Position numbers and translations under genes: made by a program
Notes under the pieces: generated by a model
Told to the model about the DNA's origin: nothing
Databases searched by the model: none
The model's input: only the letters and a program-made list of their open reading frames with translations
Assembly: GCF_018373095.1 (NCBI RefSeq)
Contig: NZ_JAHAHT010000002.1
Span: forward strand, 34 to 64,033
Direction of reading: 5' to 3'
From: Haemophilus parahaemolyticus
GTDB taxonomy: Bacteria; Pseudomonadota; Gammaproteobacteria; Enterobacterales; Pasteurellaceae
Length of the DNA: 64,000 nt
Part shown: piece after piece, positions 21,233 to 31,086 of the stretch
Layout of the letters: each line of letters opens with the position of its first letter
How positions within the stretch are numbered: the stretch's first letter is position 1

Positions 21233-21496
21233 ATGAAAAAAGTACTAACCGCATTAATGGTTTCAGGGATGGTCGCTTCAGCATCGGCAGCTGATTTAAG
21301 TGCAACATGCAAAGAATATTTTGCAGAAATTGATACATTTGTTGCAGCAGTTCCGGCAGCTCAACAAGAAATGATGAAACAACAATACGAAGCAAGCAAA
21401 AAACAAATTACAGCCTTACCCACAGCACAACAAGATATGATGTGCAAACAAGGTTTAGAGCAGCTTAAACAAGCAAAAGCAATGTTACCAAAATAA
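21233..21496 (+). CDS. small secreted periplasmic protein of unknown function with an internal repeat
   Basis: Signal peptide MKKVLTALMVSGMVASASA. Repeated AAQQEMMKQQ / TAQQDMMCKQ units and two Cys. Confidence 0.6.
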   Translation: MKKVLTALMVSGMVASASAADLSATCKEYFAEIDTFVAAVPAAQQEMMKQQYEASKKQITALPTAQQDMMCKQGLEQLKQAKAMLPK

Positions 21497-21565
21497 GTTA
21501 AATTACTACTAAAAAAGAGCCATAAAATGTAAATATTTATTATTTTGCATTTTAGACATAATAGA

Positions 21566-21610
21566 AAAAAGTGTTGGTAAGAATTATGAAAAATAATTAA
21601 CCAACACTTT
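21566..21610. terminator. bidirectional hairpin
   Basis: AAAGTGTTGGT, a 21-nt loop, then ACCAACACTTT. Confidence 0.5.
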
Positions 21611-21624
21611 CCTAAGCCGTGTGA

Positions 21625-21951
21625 TTATTTATAACGTCGCCAGAATGATCTGTTCTGGGTCAATTGTAGCTTGATTTCTATGTCAAGTTCCGCCTCAAGC
21701 GAAGATTCTGTTGTTGCACAAAATTGGATTTTATTAAGACTAACCATCACTTCATTTTGGTTGATAGAAGCCACCTTGCCCACAAAATTATTTACCGTAG
21801 TATTGCTTGTATTGAGCTTAATCCATGGGGCTTTAATCAGCAACATCACCACTCGCCCAAGCGTGAGTGCAAGGCGTTGGCTGCTTTTTTCGGTAATCAT
21901 CGCACAAATCGGGGAATTTAACCCGTCAATCTCCACATCTACCCAAACCAA
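21625..21951 (-). CDS. TOBE-domain (Mop-like molybdate-binding) protein
   Basis: ..RVVMLLIKAPWIKLN.. matches the ModE/Mop motif ILLKAPWVGI. A second Mop-like half follows (NNFVGKVASINQNEVMVSL..). Confidence 0.6.
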   Translation of the reverse strand: MVWVDVEIDGLNSPICAMITEKSSQRLALTLGRVVMLLIKAPWIKLNTSNTTVNNFVGKVASINQNEVMVSLNKIQFCATTESSLEAELDIEIKLQLTQNRSFWRRYK

Positions 21952-22060
21952 TGCCCCTTTTTGCTTAAGGCAGAATAGATAAAATTATTACTAAAAAGTG
22001 GCTTAAAGTCTCACAGTACAAGGCTTTGAACCACTTTTGAAATATAAGTAAAAAACGATA

Positions 22061-22477
22061 TTATTTATTCGCTAATTTTGCATCTAATGATAAAGAACCT
22101 GCCCCTCTCACTAAGAAAAGTAAGAATGCCATACAATACATAATAGCTATTTCGCCTTTGTTTGATAACGGATCTAATACCGTTTCTGGTGTCACATGAA
22201 TAAAGAAATATGCATATGCCATTTGACCTGCTAACAAGAATGAAATGGGGCGAGTGAATAAACCTAATGCTAATAATAAGCCGCCGCCAATTTCTAAGAT
22301 ACCGCCTAACCCATACATTGAGAACAGAGGAACACTACCGTTTCCTCCTGTCATTGAGAAGGGAAATTCAAAGAATTTCGCTGTACCGTGTAATAAGAAC
22401 ATATAGCCGATAACCACACGTGCTAATAAAAATACTACTGGGCTAAGTTTTTCGAATTTTTCAAATACTTGATTCAT
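22061..22477 (-). CDS. DoxX-family membrane protein
   Basis: 138 aa. RVVIGYMFLLHGTAKFF...GLGGILEIGGGLLLALGLFTR is the typical DoxX pattern. Confidence 0.85.
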   Translation of the reverse strand: MNQVFEKFEKLSPVVFLLARVVIGYMFLLHGTAKFFEFPFSMTGGNGSVPLFSMYGLGGILEIGGGLLLALGLFTRPISFLLAGQMAYAYFFIHVTPETVLDPLSNKGEIAIMYCMAFLLFLVRGAGSLSLDAKLANK

Positions 22478-22609
22478 AATGTTTCCTAATAAAGTTAAAG
22501 AAATGTAATAAAAAATATGGCTTGTATTGTAATTGAATCTTTCTGCTTGATCATTCCGATTTTTCTAAATAAACTTTTTAGCTCAGCTTAATAATAGAAA
22601 GTACGAAAG

Positions 22610-23500
22610 ATGAATGATTTTAAAGCGATGTCGGTTTTTGTGACCGTGATTGAACGAGGTTCAATGCAGACTGCAGCAGAAAAGTTGGCGATGACGCCAT
22701 CTGCAATTACCCAGTCGATCCAAAAGCTAGAACAGCAACTCAAAATTAAATTATTAAATCGCACCACCCGCAAAATTTCGCTTACAGAAGCAGGAGAAGT
22801 CTTTTATCAACATGCTAGTCAAATGCAGAAAAGTGCTGAAAATGCAATAAAAAGCGTCGAACTGTTGCGATCTTCTCCGATAGGTACGCTCAGAATTTCT
22901 TGCCCTTCAGGTTTAACCCGTTCTCCGTTTATTCAAGCCTTAAAATTAATTCTGGAAGAACATTCTGATTTCAACATGGATCTTTCTTTTAAGGATGAAG
23001 CGGTTGATTTAATTGAAGAAAGGATAGACATCGCTTTACGTATCGGCACGCGTGCATTGGAAGACAATATGATCGCTCGCCATATTTATGATGTGAAATT
23101 GGCTATCGTGGCACATAAAGATTACCTCGAAAAGCATTTTTTCCCACAAACCCCCGATGAGTTTTATCAGTTAGATTGGATTCATTTTGCTTCACTTGAT
23201 CCCGACTATTTACAACTTTCTAGCCCTTTAGGCAAAGCTCATATTAAACCTAACTATCGTATTAAAACCAATACACTTTTGGCAAGCCGAGACTTAACGC
23301 TGCAAGGCTTAGGCATTTCTCTTCAGCCTATCCTTGAGATAGAAAAAGAGCTTGCTGATGGCACACTTGTGCAACTTTTGCCAGAATGGGAATTGCCGAA
23401 GAACCCGATGTATTTAGTCACTCTTCAGCGGATGCAATCGGAAAAAGTGAGAATAGCGGTAGAAGTAATTGTAGAGTATTTTGAGAAATTGAAAGGTTAA
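22610..23500 (+). CDS. LysR-family transcriptional regulator, divergent from the DoxX gene
   Basis: N-terminal HTH (MSVFVTVIERGSMQTAAEKLAMTPSAITQSIQKLEQQL) plus a LysR substrate-binding domain. Confidence 0.9.
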   Translation: MNDFKAMSVFVTVIERGSMQTAAEKLAMTPSAITQSIQKLEQQLKIKLLNRTTRKISLTEAGEVFYQHASQMQKSAENAIKSVELLRSSPIGTLRISCPSGLTRSPFIQALKLILEEHSDFNMDLSFKDEAVDLIEERIDIALRIGTRALEDNMIARHIYDVKLAIVAHKDYLEKHFFPQTPDEFYQLDWIHFASLDPDYLQLSSPLGKAHIKPNYRIKTNTLLASRDLTLQGLGISLQPILEIEKELADGTLVQLLPEWELPKNPMYLVTLQRMQSEKVRIAVEVIVEYFEKLKG

Positions 23501-24180
23501 GCCCTCGCTAATGTCCAAACTTGTACCTCTTTTACACCTACACGTTTAATCTCTCTGCAAATCGCATTGAGCGTAGAACCTGTGGTCACAACATCATCTA
23601 CAATTGCAATTCGCTCGTAAAATTTGCCCGCTTGTGGCTCAAAACGAAAGGTGTTTTTTAAATTCAAACGCCGTTCTTGAGCGGTGAGTTCACGCTGTGA
23701 AGCGGTATGCCTTATACGGCTAAGGCTTTTTGTATCAAGCGGAATATTCAGCCATCGAGAAAGATGGCAAGCAATCAACTCCGCCTGATTATAGCCTCGT
23801 TTCCAATGGCGTTGCCAAAAAAGTGGCACGGGCAAAATCGCTTCAGGAAGCACCAGACAATGCTCCCGTTGAGCTTGTTTTACAGCTAATAAAAGCAATC
23901 TTGCTAACGGCTGATCTAACCAATATTGCTGATGGAATTTAAAGCGATGAATCCAATCTGCAAGCGGTTTTTTATATACAGAGACTTGCACCATTCGCTG
24001 CCATTTTGGCTCATTTTGCAAACATTCTCCGCAAGATAAACTATTTTCAGCCAACAAACTGCCACAATGTCCGCAATAAGGCGAACAAGATAACAACTTG
24101 ACGCAACGGCTACAAAAGCCGTGATTCACTATTGCCAACGACTTATCACAATGAAAACAGCGGAAACCTAATCTATTCAT
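23497..24180 (-). CDS. comF: competence protein ComF (DNA utilization, PRTase-domain protein)
   Basis: N-terminal Cys-rich zinc ribbon (CFHCDK..CSRC..CGHCGS..CGEC) and a C-terminal phosphoribosyltransferase motif (IAIVDDVVTTGSTL). ComF/GntX family. Confidence 0.85.
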   Translation of the reverse strand: MNRLGFRCFHCDKSLAIVNHGFCSRCVKLLSCSPYCGHCGSLLAENSLSCGECLQNEPKWQRMVQVSVYKKPLADWIHRFKFHQQYWLDQPLARLLLLAVKQAQREHCLVLPEAILPVPLFWQRHWKRGYNQAELIACHLSRWLNIPLDTKSLSRIRHTASQRELTAQERRLNLKNTFRFEPQAGKFYERIAIVDDVVTTGSTLNAICREIKRVGVKEVQVWTLARA

Positions 24181-24220
24181 ACGCCCTCCGCTATTTACTT
24201 TATCAAATTAGCAAAAATAA

Positions 24221-24242
24221 TTTTTCGAGTGCATTCGAAAAG
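24221..24242. promoter_or_regulatory. putative CRP-S-like (Sxy-dependent competence regulon) site upstream of comF
   Basis: On the minus strand, TTTTCGAatgcacTCGAAAAA: an inverted repeat with T-run and A-run flanks about 45 bp upstream of the comF start. It resembles the TTTTGCGATC-GATCGCAAAA consensus with one mismatch per half-site. Confidence 0.4.
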
Positions 24243-24254
24243 TTGAAAAATATT

Positions 24255-25352
24255 TTATTTCAACCAACTTTTTACAAACTCCGCAATTTCATCCACATCA
24301 TTGATATTCAATCGATTTTCTCGTTCAATCGGGTAATCGGTGGCGGTGGCCATGGTCCATTCATCTAGTTCGGGTAAGGGCTTTTTAACCTCTTTTCGAT
24401 GAAGTTGAATTTTGGGTAGAGCCTCGTGTTTAAAGCCTTCGACCAGCACCAAATCAACATCTTTGAAATTGGCAATAATTTGCTGAAAATCGACCGCTTG
24501 TTCGGGCGTTTCGGTCATTAATGCCCAACGTTCATCGCAGGCAATTGCGGTGGGATTCGCTCCCGCTAGACGCAATCGATGGCTATCTTTGCCTGGTTTA
24601 TCTACATCAATGTTATGGTGTGAATGCTTGATTAAACCCACTTTGAGGTTGCAAGCGGTCAATTTTGGAATTAGTTTTTCCAACAGCGTGGTTTTGCCCG
24701 TGCCGCTGTAGCCTGTAATGGCTAGCACGGTGGGGGTTGTACGAGGCATTTCTGCTGTTGCCAATTCCTCTAATGTATTGAAATTTCGAAATGCGGCTGT
24801 TTGATCGGAAAAATCTACCGCAACGCTTTTTTGTTGTTGGAAGAATTGGTATAAGCGGCGTTCGCCCATTTGCAGGTAATCATTCAGTGCTTCTGCGACA
24901 TTGCGATGAATTAACGCAAAAGTCGGGTGCGGACGTTCGCCATCGTGGGCATAAGCAATCTCTGCTTGGTTAATTTGTAAGGCTGTAAGTAGTTTTTTAA
25001 GCAAATTTTCGGGCAAAAATGGAGAATCACAAGGCACGAATAGCAGATAATCGCTTTCAATCTGATGAAAGCCTGTAAGCATTCCACTCAGTGCCCCTTG
25101 GAAATTGGGCATTTCGTCTTGGTAAAAAGGTAAGTGAGGGAAAAACTGCTGATATTCCGCCTGTGAGCGGTTGATATTCAAATAAACTTTTCCATTTACT
25201 GCTGATAATTGTGGGCTAAGACGTTGCAAAATATGTGCAATAAGTGGAAGATTTTGTAGCTTTTGTAAGCCTTTTTCTACGCCATTCATTCGGCGAGCTA
25301 AACCGCCTGCGAGAATTACAGCGTGAATTTGAGGTGAAGTTTTTTCTGTCAT
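24255..25352 (-). CDS. mobAB: fused molybdenum cofactor guanylyltransferase MobA and MobB adapter
   Basis: The N-terminus has the MobA motif (AVILAGGLARRMNG..K). The C-terminal half has the MobB P-loop (VLAITGYSGTGKTTLLEKL). Single 365-aa ORF. Confidence 0.85.
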   Translation of the reverse strand: MTEKTSPQIHAVILAGGLARRMNGVEKGLQKLQNLPLIAHILQRLSPQLSAVNGKVYLNINRSQAEYQQFFPHLPFYQDEMPNFQGALSGMLTGFHQIESDYLLFVPCDSPFLPENLLKKLLTALQINQAEIAYAHDGERPHPTFALIHRNVAEALNDYLQMGERRLYQFFQQQKSVAVDFSDQTAAFRNFNTLEELATAEMPRTTPTVLAITGYSGTGKTTLLEKLIPKLTACNLKVGLIKHSHHNIDVDKPGKDSHRLRLAGANPTAIACDERWALMTETPEQAVDFQQIIANFKDVDLVLVEGFKHEALPKIQLHRKEVKKPLPELDEWTMATATDYPIERENRLNINDVDEIAEFVKSWLK

Positions 25353-25436
25353 AAATAAGGGCTTTTCTTTGCAAAAAGAGTGCTAAAAGTATATGATCCG
25401 AGCCAATTTTCAACAAGATTTTTTAAGGATTTTCCA

Positions 25437-25706
25437 ATGAAATGCAAACGTTTAGAAGAATTATTAGAGCTATTGGGCGACCATTGGCGTAAAAACCCTG
25501 ATTTACATTTGATGGATATTTTGCAGCAGCTCTCGGTAGAGGTGGGCGAACCTGATAACTACCCTGCATTACGTGATGAGGTGTTGATTTATCAGTTAAA
25601 AATGCGTAATGCCGACAAACACGAGCCAATCCCAGGCTTAAAAAAAGATTACGAAGATGATTTTAAAACAGCACTTTTACGTGCACGTGGAATTTTGAAA
25701 GACTAA
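25437..25706 (+). CDS. yihD: YihD-family protein (DUF1040)
   Basis: MKCKRLEELLELLGDHWRKNPDLHLMDILQQL... is near-collinear with E. coli YihD. Same mob<-yihD->dsbA synteny as E. coli. Confidence 0.9.
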   Translation: MKCKRLEELLELLGDHWRKNPDLHLMDILQQLSVEVGEPDNYPALRDEVLIYQLKMRNADKHEPIPGLKKDYEDDFKTALLRARGILKD

Positions 25707-25746
25707 TGTGGTCTAATAGAAACCATATTTTTTAAAGGAAATTAAA

Positions 25747-26385
25747 ATGAAAAAAATGTTATTAAAAACTACATTCGTTGCACTTTCTGCATTTTTCGCA
25801 GTAAATTCGACCGCTTTTGCGTCAAATCCTGTGGAAGGTAAAGAGTACAATATCGTTCGCCAAGCACCATCGGCTCAAAAAGAGGTGCTGGAATTTTTCT
25901 CTTTCTACTGCCCGCATTGCTATGATTTTGAATTGAATTACAAAATTCCTTCACAAATTAAAGCAAACTTGCCTGAAGGCACAAAATTGGTGCAATATCA
26001 CGTGAATTTCTTAGGTCGACAATCTGAAAACTTAACTCGTGCGTGGGCGTTTGCGATGGCTCAAGGCGTGGAAGATAAAGTAAAAACAGCGTTGTTTGAA
26101 GGGGCACAAAAAGATGCGTTTAAATCAATGGACGACATCAAGGCGGTATTCGTGGCAAATGGCGTAAGTGCGGAAGATTTCGATAACGGCATTAACAGCT
26201 TTGTGGTCAATGGTTTGGTAAACAAACAAGTTCAGGCTGCGGAAGAGTTCAAAGTTCGTGGTGTGCCAGCTTTCTTCGTAAACGAGCAGTATGAAATCAA
26301 TTTAAGTGGTTTCTCAGATTCCACCTCAACTAACGATTTCATCAAACGCTATGTAGATGCAGTAACGTTTTTAATTAAAAAATAA
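25747..26385 (+). CDS. dsbA: periplasmic thiol:disulfide oxidoreductase DsbA
   Basis: Signal peptide, active site FFSFYCPHCYDFE (CPHC) and the thioredoxin fold. Confidence 0.93.
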   Translation: MKKMLLKTTFVALSAFFAVNSTAFASNPVEGKEYNIVRQAPSAQKEVLEFFSFYCPHCYDFELNYKIPSQIKANLPEGTKLVQYHVNFLGRQSENLTRAWAFAMAQGVEDKVKTALFEGAQKDAFKSMDDIKAVFVANGVSAEDFDNGINSFVVNGLVNKQVQAAEEFKVRGVPAFFVNEQYEINLSGFSDSTSTNDFIKRYVDAVTFLIKK

Positions 26386-26423
26386 TCGTAAGGCGGCTCC
26401 AAACCCGCCCTACCAAGAAAATT

Positions 26424-26446
26424 AAAGGGCTTTTGCCCTTTTTTTG
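26424..26446 (+). terminator. rho-independent terminator after dsbA
   Basis: AAAGGGCttttGCCCTTTTTTT. Confidence 0.65.
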
Positions 26447-26483
26447 TGATTTTCCCTAGGATATCCATATAAGAGAAATATCA

Positions 26484-27947
26484 ATGAAACTTTCCCACTC
26501 AATTGTATTTGCAATCTTTGGACTAAATCTGACCGCTTTCGCACAGGCAGAAGTGGTGCAACCGCAAGAAAAGAAAATGGCTGAGCCTAAAAATGATTTA
26601 ACCGAACGCTTCCAAGTGGCTCAACCAAAACCTAAAACTCAGCCTGATACAGAACAAACAGAAACATCAGGCACGGTGTCGATGACAAAAGAAGAATTAG
26701 CTCAGCACCCTGATTTAATCGTACGAGGCTTAATTCCAGCTGTGTTACAAAACAACGAACAAGCGGTCGAATTATTGCTGCCGATGTACCAAAACTTGCC
26801 AAAGCAAGATCCATTCTTACGTGAGTGGGCAGAAGCGATTTCGGCTAAAGCACAAGGCAATTTTAGCCTTGCAGTAGAACGTTACCGCTCGCTCTTTGCA
26901 CAAAAATCGGATATTCCTGCTTTGCGTTATCAGCTCGCTCAAGCCCTCTTTTTAAATAACAATAATGAGGCAGCAAAAGACCAATTCCAGAAATTGCGTG
27001 CGGAAAATTTATCGCCCGATTCAGTGGCAATTATCGACCAATATTTGACCGCTTTAAATAAACGTGATCAGTGGAAATTTAGCGGTGGGATGAGCTTCCT
27101 TAACGAGACTAATATCAACAATGCACCTAAAGCGGGCACGAGAGTAGGCGGTTGGGAAGCATGGAAAAAAGAGAGTGCACAGGGCTTTTCTTACTACTTT
27201 AATACGGAGAAAAAATGGTCATTACCAAATCAATTTTTTACCAAAATAGCGTTGGATGCTTCGGGAAAATATTATTGGGATAACAAAAAATATAACGAGC
27301 TTAATGTGCGGACAGGCATCGGTTTAGGCTATCAAACTGCGCGTTTTGAAATTGCTCTTACCCCCTTTACCGAGAAACGTTGGTATGCGGGTGGTTCATC
27401 GGGCAGTGAATCGCTTAAACAATATTCAAAAAACTCAGGTGTGCAGCTTGAAAGTAGTTACTGGCTGAATGAAAAATGGCAACTTTCAAACGTATTGGAA
27501 TATGGTGAACAACGCTACGACTGGCGTAAGCACCTAAACGGCAACAACTATTTGTGGTCAAACACGCTCTTATATGTCCCAAAAAGCGGGCAATATTGGT
27601 TTGCAGGTTTGGATTACAATCGTGAAAATACTCGCGATAAAGACAACGCTTACCAACGCACCAGTGCACGTTTAGGCTGGGGGCAAGAATGGGACTGGGG
27701 AATTTCTAGCCGCATCTCGTTTTCTTATGCGAAGCGAACTTATCAGGCACATCCTGCTCCAGATTTAATCGGCAAAATACAAAAAAATGATGAATATTCT
27801 TCTGCTTTAACGCTCTGGCATCGTGACTTGCATTTCTTTGGCGTGACACCAAAAGTGACGTGGCAATATCAGAAAGTAAGCAGTAATCACCCATTTTATA
27901 GCTACGATAAAAATCGGGTTTATTTTGAGATGAGTAAAACATTTTAA
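26484..27947 (+). CDS. Slam-family (surface lipoprotein assembly modulator, DUF560) outer membrane protein
   Basis: A signal peptide and a ~200-aa TPR-like periplasmic domain. The C-terminal beta-barrel has alternating aromatic strands (..WSLPNQFFTKIALDASGKYYW.., ..GIGLGYQTARFEIALTPF.., ..RISFSYAKRTY.., terminal YFEMSKTF). Size and architecture match Neisseria Slam1/2. Confidence 0.8.
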   Translation: MKLSHSIVFAIFGLNLTAFAQAEVVQPQEKKMAEPKNDLTERFQVAQPKPKTQPDTEQTETSGTVSMTKEELAQHPDLIVRGLIPAVLQNNEQAVELLLPMYQNLPKQDPFLREWAEAISAKAQGNFSLAVERYRSLFAQKSDIPALRYQLAQALFLNNNNEAAKDQFQKLRAENLSPDSVAIIDQYLTALNKRDQWKFSGGMSFLNETNINNAPKAGTRVGGWEAWKKESAQGFSYYFNTEKKWSLPNQFFTKIALDASGKYYWDNKKYNELNVRTGIGLGYQTARFEIALTPFTEKRWYAGGSSGSESLKQYSKNSGVQLESSYWLNEKWQLSNVLEYGEQRYDWRKHLNGNNYLWSNTLLYVPKSGQYWFAGLDYNRENTRDKDNAYQRTSARLGWGQEWDWGISSRISFSYAKRTYQAHPAPDLIGKIQKNDEYSSALTLWHRDLHFFGVTPKVTWQYQKVSSNHPFYSYDKNRVYFEMSKTF

Positions 27948-28084
27948 ACTGTGATATGCTTAATCTTGTTGTAAATAACATTTCTCTTAGTGTTGGAGGG
28001 CAGCTTATCTCCGCCTGATAAATCTTGGAAAATTCAGGGTGGAGATAGCTCTCTACATAGGATTAACGTAAAGATAAAAATAAA

Positions 28085-28636
28085 ATGAAAACACTACCCG
28101 AAATTAAATCTGTTTCTGTCATTGCGAAAACCGCAATTTTCGAAGTGCAATCGGTCGATTTACGTTTTTCTAATGGTGAGGAACGCACCTATGAACGCCT
28201 TACGCCACAACGCCGTTCTTCAGTGATGGTTTTGCCAATTCACGAGGGTAATTTAATTTTTGTACGGGAATATGCCGTGGGTTCTGAGCGTTATGAACTT
28301 ACCTTTCCGAAAGGAATTATAGATGCGGGCGAAGAGCCGATTGAAAGTGCCAATCGTGAGTTACAAGAAGAGATTGGTTTTGGTGCACGTAAAATGGAGC
28401 CGTTACGGAGTTTATACAGCGGTCCGAGTCATATGTTTGGCTTAATGCACGTTTTTGTGGCAGAAGATCTTTATCCATCCAAACTTGAGGGCGATGAACC
28501 TGAACCGCTTGAGCTGGTTCACTATCCGTTGGCAAAAATCGATGAATTACTTGCCTCCCCTGATTTTGCCGAAGCCAGAAATTTATCCGCCCTCTTTTTA
28601 TTAAAAGCATATTTAAATAAGAATACGGAAAAATAG
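28085..28636 (+). CDS. nudE: ADP compounds hydrolase, Nudix
   Basis: ..SVDLRFSNGEERTYERL..REYAVGSERYELTFPKGIIDAGEEPIESANRELQEEIGFGA.. is collinear with E. coli NudE. Confidence 0.9.
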   Translation: MKTLPEIKSVSVIAKTAIFEVQSVDLRFSNGEERTYERLTPQRRSSVMVLPIHEGNLIFVREYAVGSERYELTFPKGIIDAGEEPIESANRELQEEIGFGARKMEPLRSLYSGPSHMFGLMHVFVAEDLYPSKLEGDEPEPLELVHYPLAKIDELLASPDFAEARNLSALFLLKAYLNKNTEK

Positions 28637-28653
28637 AAAAAAAGGACGGAACT

Positions 28654-29484
28654 ATGCAAACACTTAATCAATCCTTGTTGGATAAAATCGTAAAAATCGC
28701 CCAAGATGCAGGTGAACACCTCAAAGATTTTTATGCGAAATCGGTCGAGGTGCACATTAAATCAGACAAAACACCCGTAACTGAGGCGGATCTTTTTTTA
28801 AGCCAATTTATCACTGAACAGTTAAAACAGCTTACGCCATATGTGCCTGTGCTTTCGGAAGAAAATTGCGATATTGCCTTTGAAGAGCGTCAAAAATGGG
28901 ATGAATATTGGATTATCGATCCACTGGATGGCACGCAACAATTTATCAATCGTACTGATCAATTTGCGGTGATTATTGCTCTTGTGCAAAAACAAATTGG
29001 CAAAAATCGCCCTGTCTTAGGCGTTATCCACGCTCCTATCTTGGAAAAGACCTACTTTGCAATGCAACATTTTGGCTGCTATTTGCAAGAAAAAGGTGAA
29101 ATTCGACCGCTTCACGGCTTGAAACAAGCTGGCTATCGCGATCACAATCTGCATATCGCGATTGGTTTCGTACATCCTGATCATATCGAAGATAACCTCA
29201 AACCGCCTTATCAAGCTACTTTTATGGAATATGGCTCAAGCAGTTTAAAATCGGGCTTGGTAGCGGAAGGAATTAGCGATTGCTATATCCGTTTTGGCGA
29301 CACTGGCGAATGGGACACTGCTGCATCAGAAGTTCTACTTAGCGAAATTGGTGGCGAAATTTTTGATCTGCATTTTGAACCGCTCAGTTACAATGAACGC
29401 GAAACGCTGATTAATCCTTATTTTATTATGGTGCGCGACAGCCAGCACGATTGGCAGAATGTCTTTCAATTTAATAAGTTGTAG
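28654..29484 (+). CDS. cysQ: 3'(2'),5'-bisphosphate nucleotidase, inositol monophosphatase family
   Basis: IMPase motifs (..[10 protein letters not shown].., WIIDPLDGT, ..GEWDTAA..). About 276 aa. Confidence 0.85.
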   Translation: MQTLNQSLLDKIVKIAQDAGEHLKDFYAKSVEVHIKSDKTPVTEADLFLSQFITEQLKQLTPYVPVLSEENCDIAFEERQKWDEYWIIDPLDGTQQFINRTDQFAVIIALVQKQIGKNRPVLGVIHAPILEKTYFAMQHFGCYLQEKGEIRPLHGLKQAGYRDHNLHIAIGFVHPDHIEDNLKPPYQATFMEYGSSSLKSGLVAEGISDCYIRFGDTGEWDTAASEVLLSEIGGEIFDLHFEPLSYNERETLINPYFIMVRDSQHDWQNVFQFNKL

Positions 29485-29549
29485 CGATTAGTAAAAACAG
29501 CGAAAATGTTGCATTATTGTTAAAACTTATAATCTCATTAGGAATAAAA

Positions 29550-31034
29550 ATGAACATAGAAAATTGTTGTATCGTGATTTTTGGGGCTTCGGGGGATTTA
29601 ACCTTCCGTAAGCTCATCCCCGCACTTTATAACTTACATAAAGTTGGCAGATTAGGCGAGCATTTTTCGGTACTCGGTGTGGCTCGTACGGAATTAAATG
29701 ACGAGCAATTCCGAGCAAAAATGCGTGATGCGTTAATTAAATTTGAGAATGCAAGCGGTGAAACTTTAGATGAATTTTGCCATCACCTTTACTATCAAGC
29801 AGTAAATACTTCCGATGCATTAGATTATGTGAAACTCTTGCCTCGTCTTGACGATTTACACGACAAATATGGTAGTGCGGGCAACACGCTTTACTACCTT
29901 TCAACCCCACCAAGTTTATATGGCGTGATCCCAGAATGCTTGGCAGCACACGGTTTAACCACCGAAGAGTTCGGCTGGAAACGCATTATTGTGGAAAAAC
30001 CATTCGGCTATGATATTCAAACTGCAAAAGCATTAGACGTGCAAATTCACCGCTTCTTTGAAGAGCATCAAATCTACCGTATTGACCACTATTTAGGCAA
30101 AGAAACTGTGCAAAACTTGCTCGTGTTACGCTTCTCAAACGGTTTATTTGAACCACTTTGGAACCGCAATTACATTGATTATGTGGAAATCACAGGGGCA
30201 GAATCAATTGGCGTGGAAGAACGTGGTGGCTATTACGATGGCTCAGGTGCGATGCGTGATATGTTCCAAAACCACTTATTGCAAGTGCTTGCCATGGTTG
30301 CAATGGAGCCACCAGCGATTATCAACGCGGACGCAATGCGTGATGAAGTAGCAAAAGTGCTTTACTGCTTACACCCACTTTCTAACGAAGATTTGAAAAA
30401 TAACCTTGTGCTCGGGCAATACACCGCCGCAGAAATCGATGGTGAAATGGCGAAAGGTTATTTAGAAGAGAAAGGCGTCCCAGAAGATTCCAATACAGAA
30501 ACCTTTATGGCATTAAAATGTGAAATCGATAACTGGCGCTGGGCGGGTGTGCCTTTTTATGTTCGCACAGGTAAACGATTACCAACCCGCGTAACGGAAG
30601 TGGTTATCCATTTCAAAACTACACCGCACCCCGTGTTTAGCCAAAATGCGCCTGAAAATAAATTGATTATTCGCGTGCAACCTGATGAAGGTATCTCAAT
30701 GCGTTTCGGTTTGAAAAAACCAGGTGCAGGCTTTGAAGCAAAAGAAGTGTCAATGGACTTCCGTTATGCTGATTTAGCTTCTCCGAGTCTTCTCACTGCC
30801 TACGAACGTTTATTGTTAGACGCAATGAAAGGCGATGCCACCCTATTTGCCCGTACTGATGCAGTGCACGCTTGTTGGAAATTTGTGCAGCCTATTTTGG
30901 ATTATAAAGCCCAAAATGGTCGTGTCTATGAATATGAAGCAGGTACTTGGGGACCAAAAGAAGCGGATAAGCTGATCGCCAAACACGGCAGAGTATGGCG
31001 TAAGCCTTCAGGTATGATGAAGAAAAAAGTGTAA
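29550..31034 (+). CDS. zwf: glucose-6-phosphate 1-dehydrogenase
   Basis: ..[13 protein letters not shown].. NADP site, RIDHYLGKE active-site motif and the full-length Zwf. Confidence 0.96.
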   Translation: MNIENCCIVIFGASGDLTFRKLIPALYNLHKVGRLGEHFSVLGVARTELNDEQFRAKMRDALIKFENASGETLDEFCHHLYYQAVNTSDALDYVKLLPRLDDLHDKYGSAGNTLYYLSTPPSLYGVIPECLAAHGLTTEEFGWKRIIVEKPFGYDIQTAKALDVQIHRFFEEHQIYRIDHYLGKETVQNLLVLRFSNGLFEPLWNRNYIDYVEITGAESIGVEERGGYYDGSGAMRDMFQNHLLQVLAMVAMEPPAIINADAMRDEVAKVLYCLHPLSNEDLKNNLVLGQYTAAEIDGEMAKGYLEEKGVPEDSNTETFMALKCEIDNWRWAGVPFYVRTGKRLPTRVTEVVIHFKTTPHPVFSQNAPENKLIIRVQPDEGISMRFGLKKPGAGFEAKEVSMDFRYADLASPSLLTAYERLLLDAMKGDATLFARTDAVHACWKFVQPILDYKAQNGRVYEYEAGTWGPKEADKLIAKHGRVWRKPSGMMKKKV

Positions 31035-31042
31035 TGAATTTT

Positions 31043-31067
31043 CCCCTCGCCCTTTGTGGGAGAGGGG
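31043..31067. repeat. GC-rich palindromic repeat, copy A of the 16-mer CCCTTTGTGGGAGAGG
   Basis: CCCCTCgccctttgtgGGAGAGGGG immediately after the zwf stop. The 16-mer at 31050-31065 is identical to 32615-32630. Confidence 0.45.
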
Positions 31068-31086
31068 ATATGATAGAGAACCTAAA

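Noticed and set aside
24132-24368. 78-aa ORF on the plus strand spanning the comF/mobAB intergenic region
   Set aside because: It overlaps both the comF 5' end and the mobAB 3' end, and its composition is poly-Ile/Phe junk. The region is better explained as the comF promoter with a CRP-S-like site.
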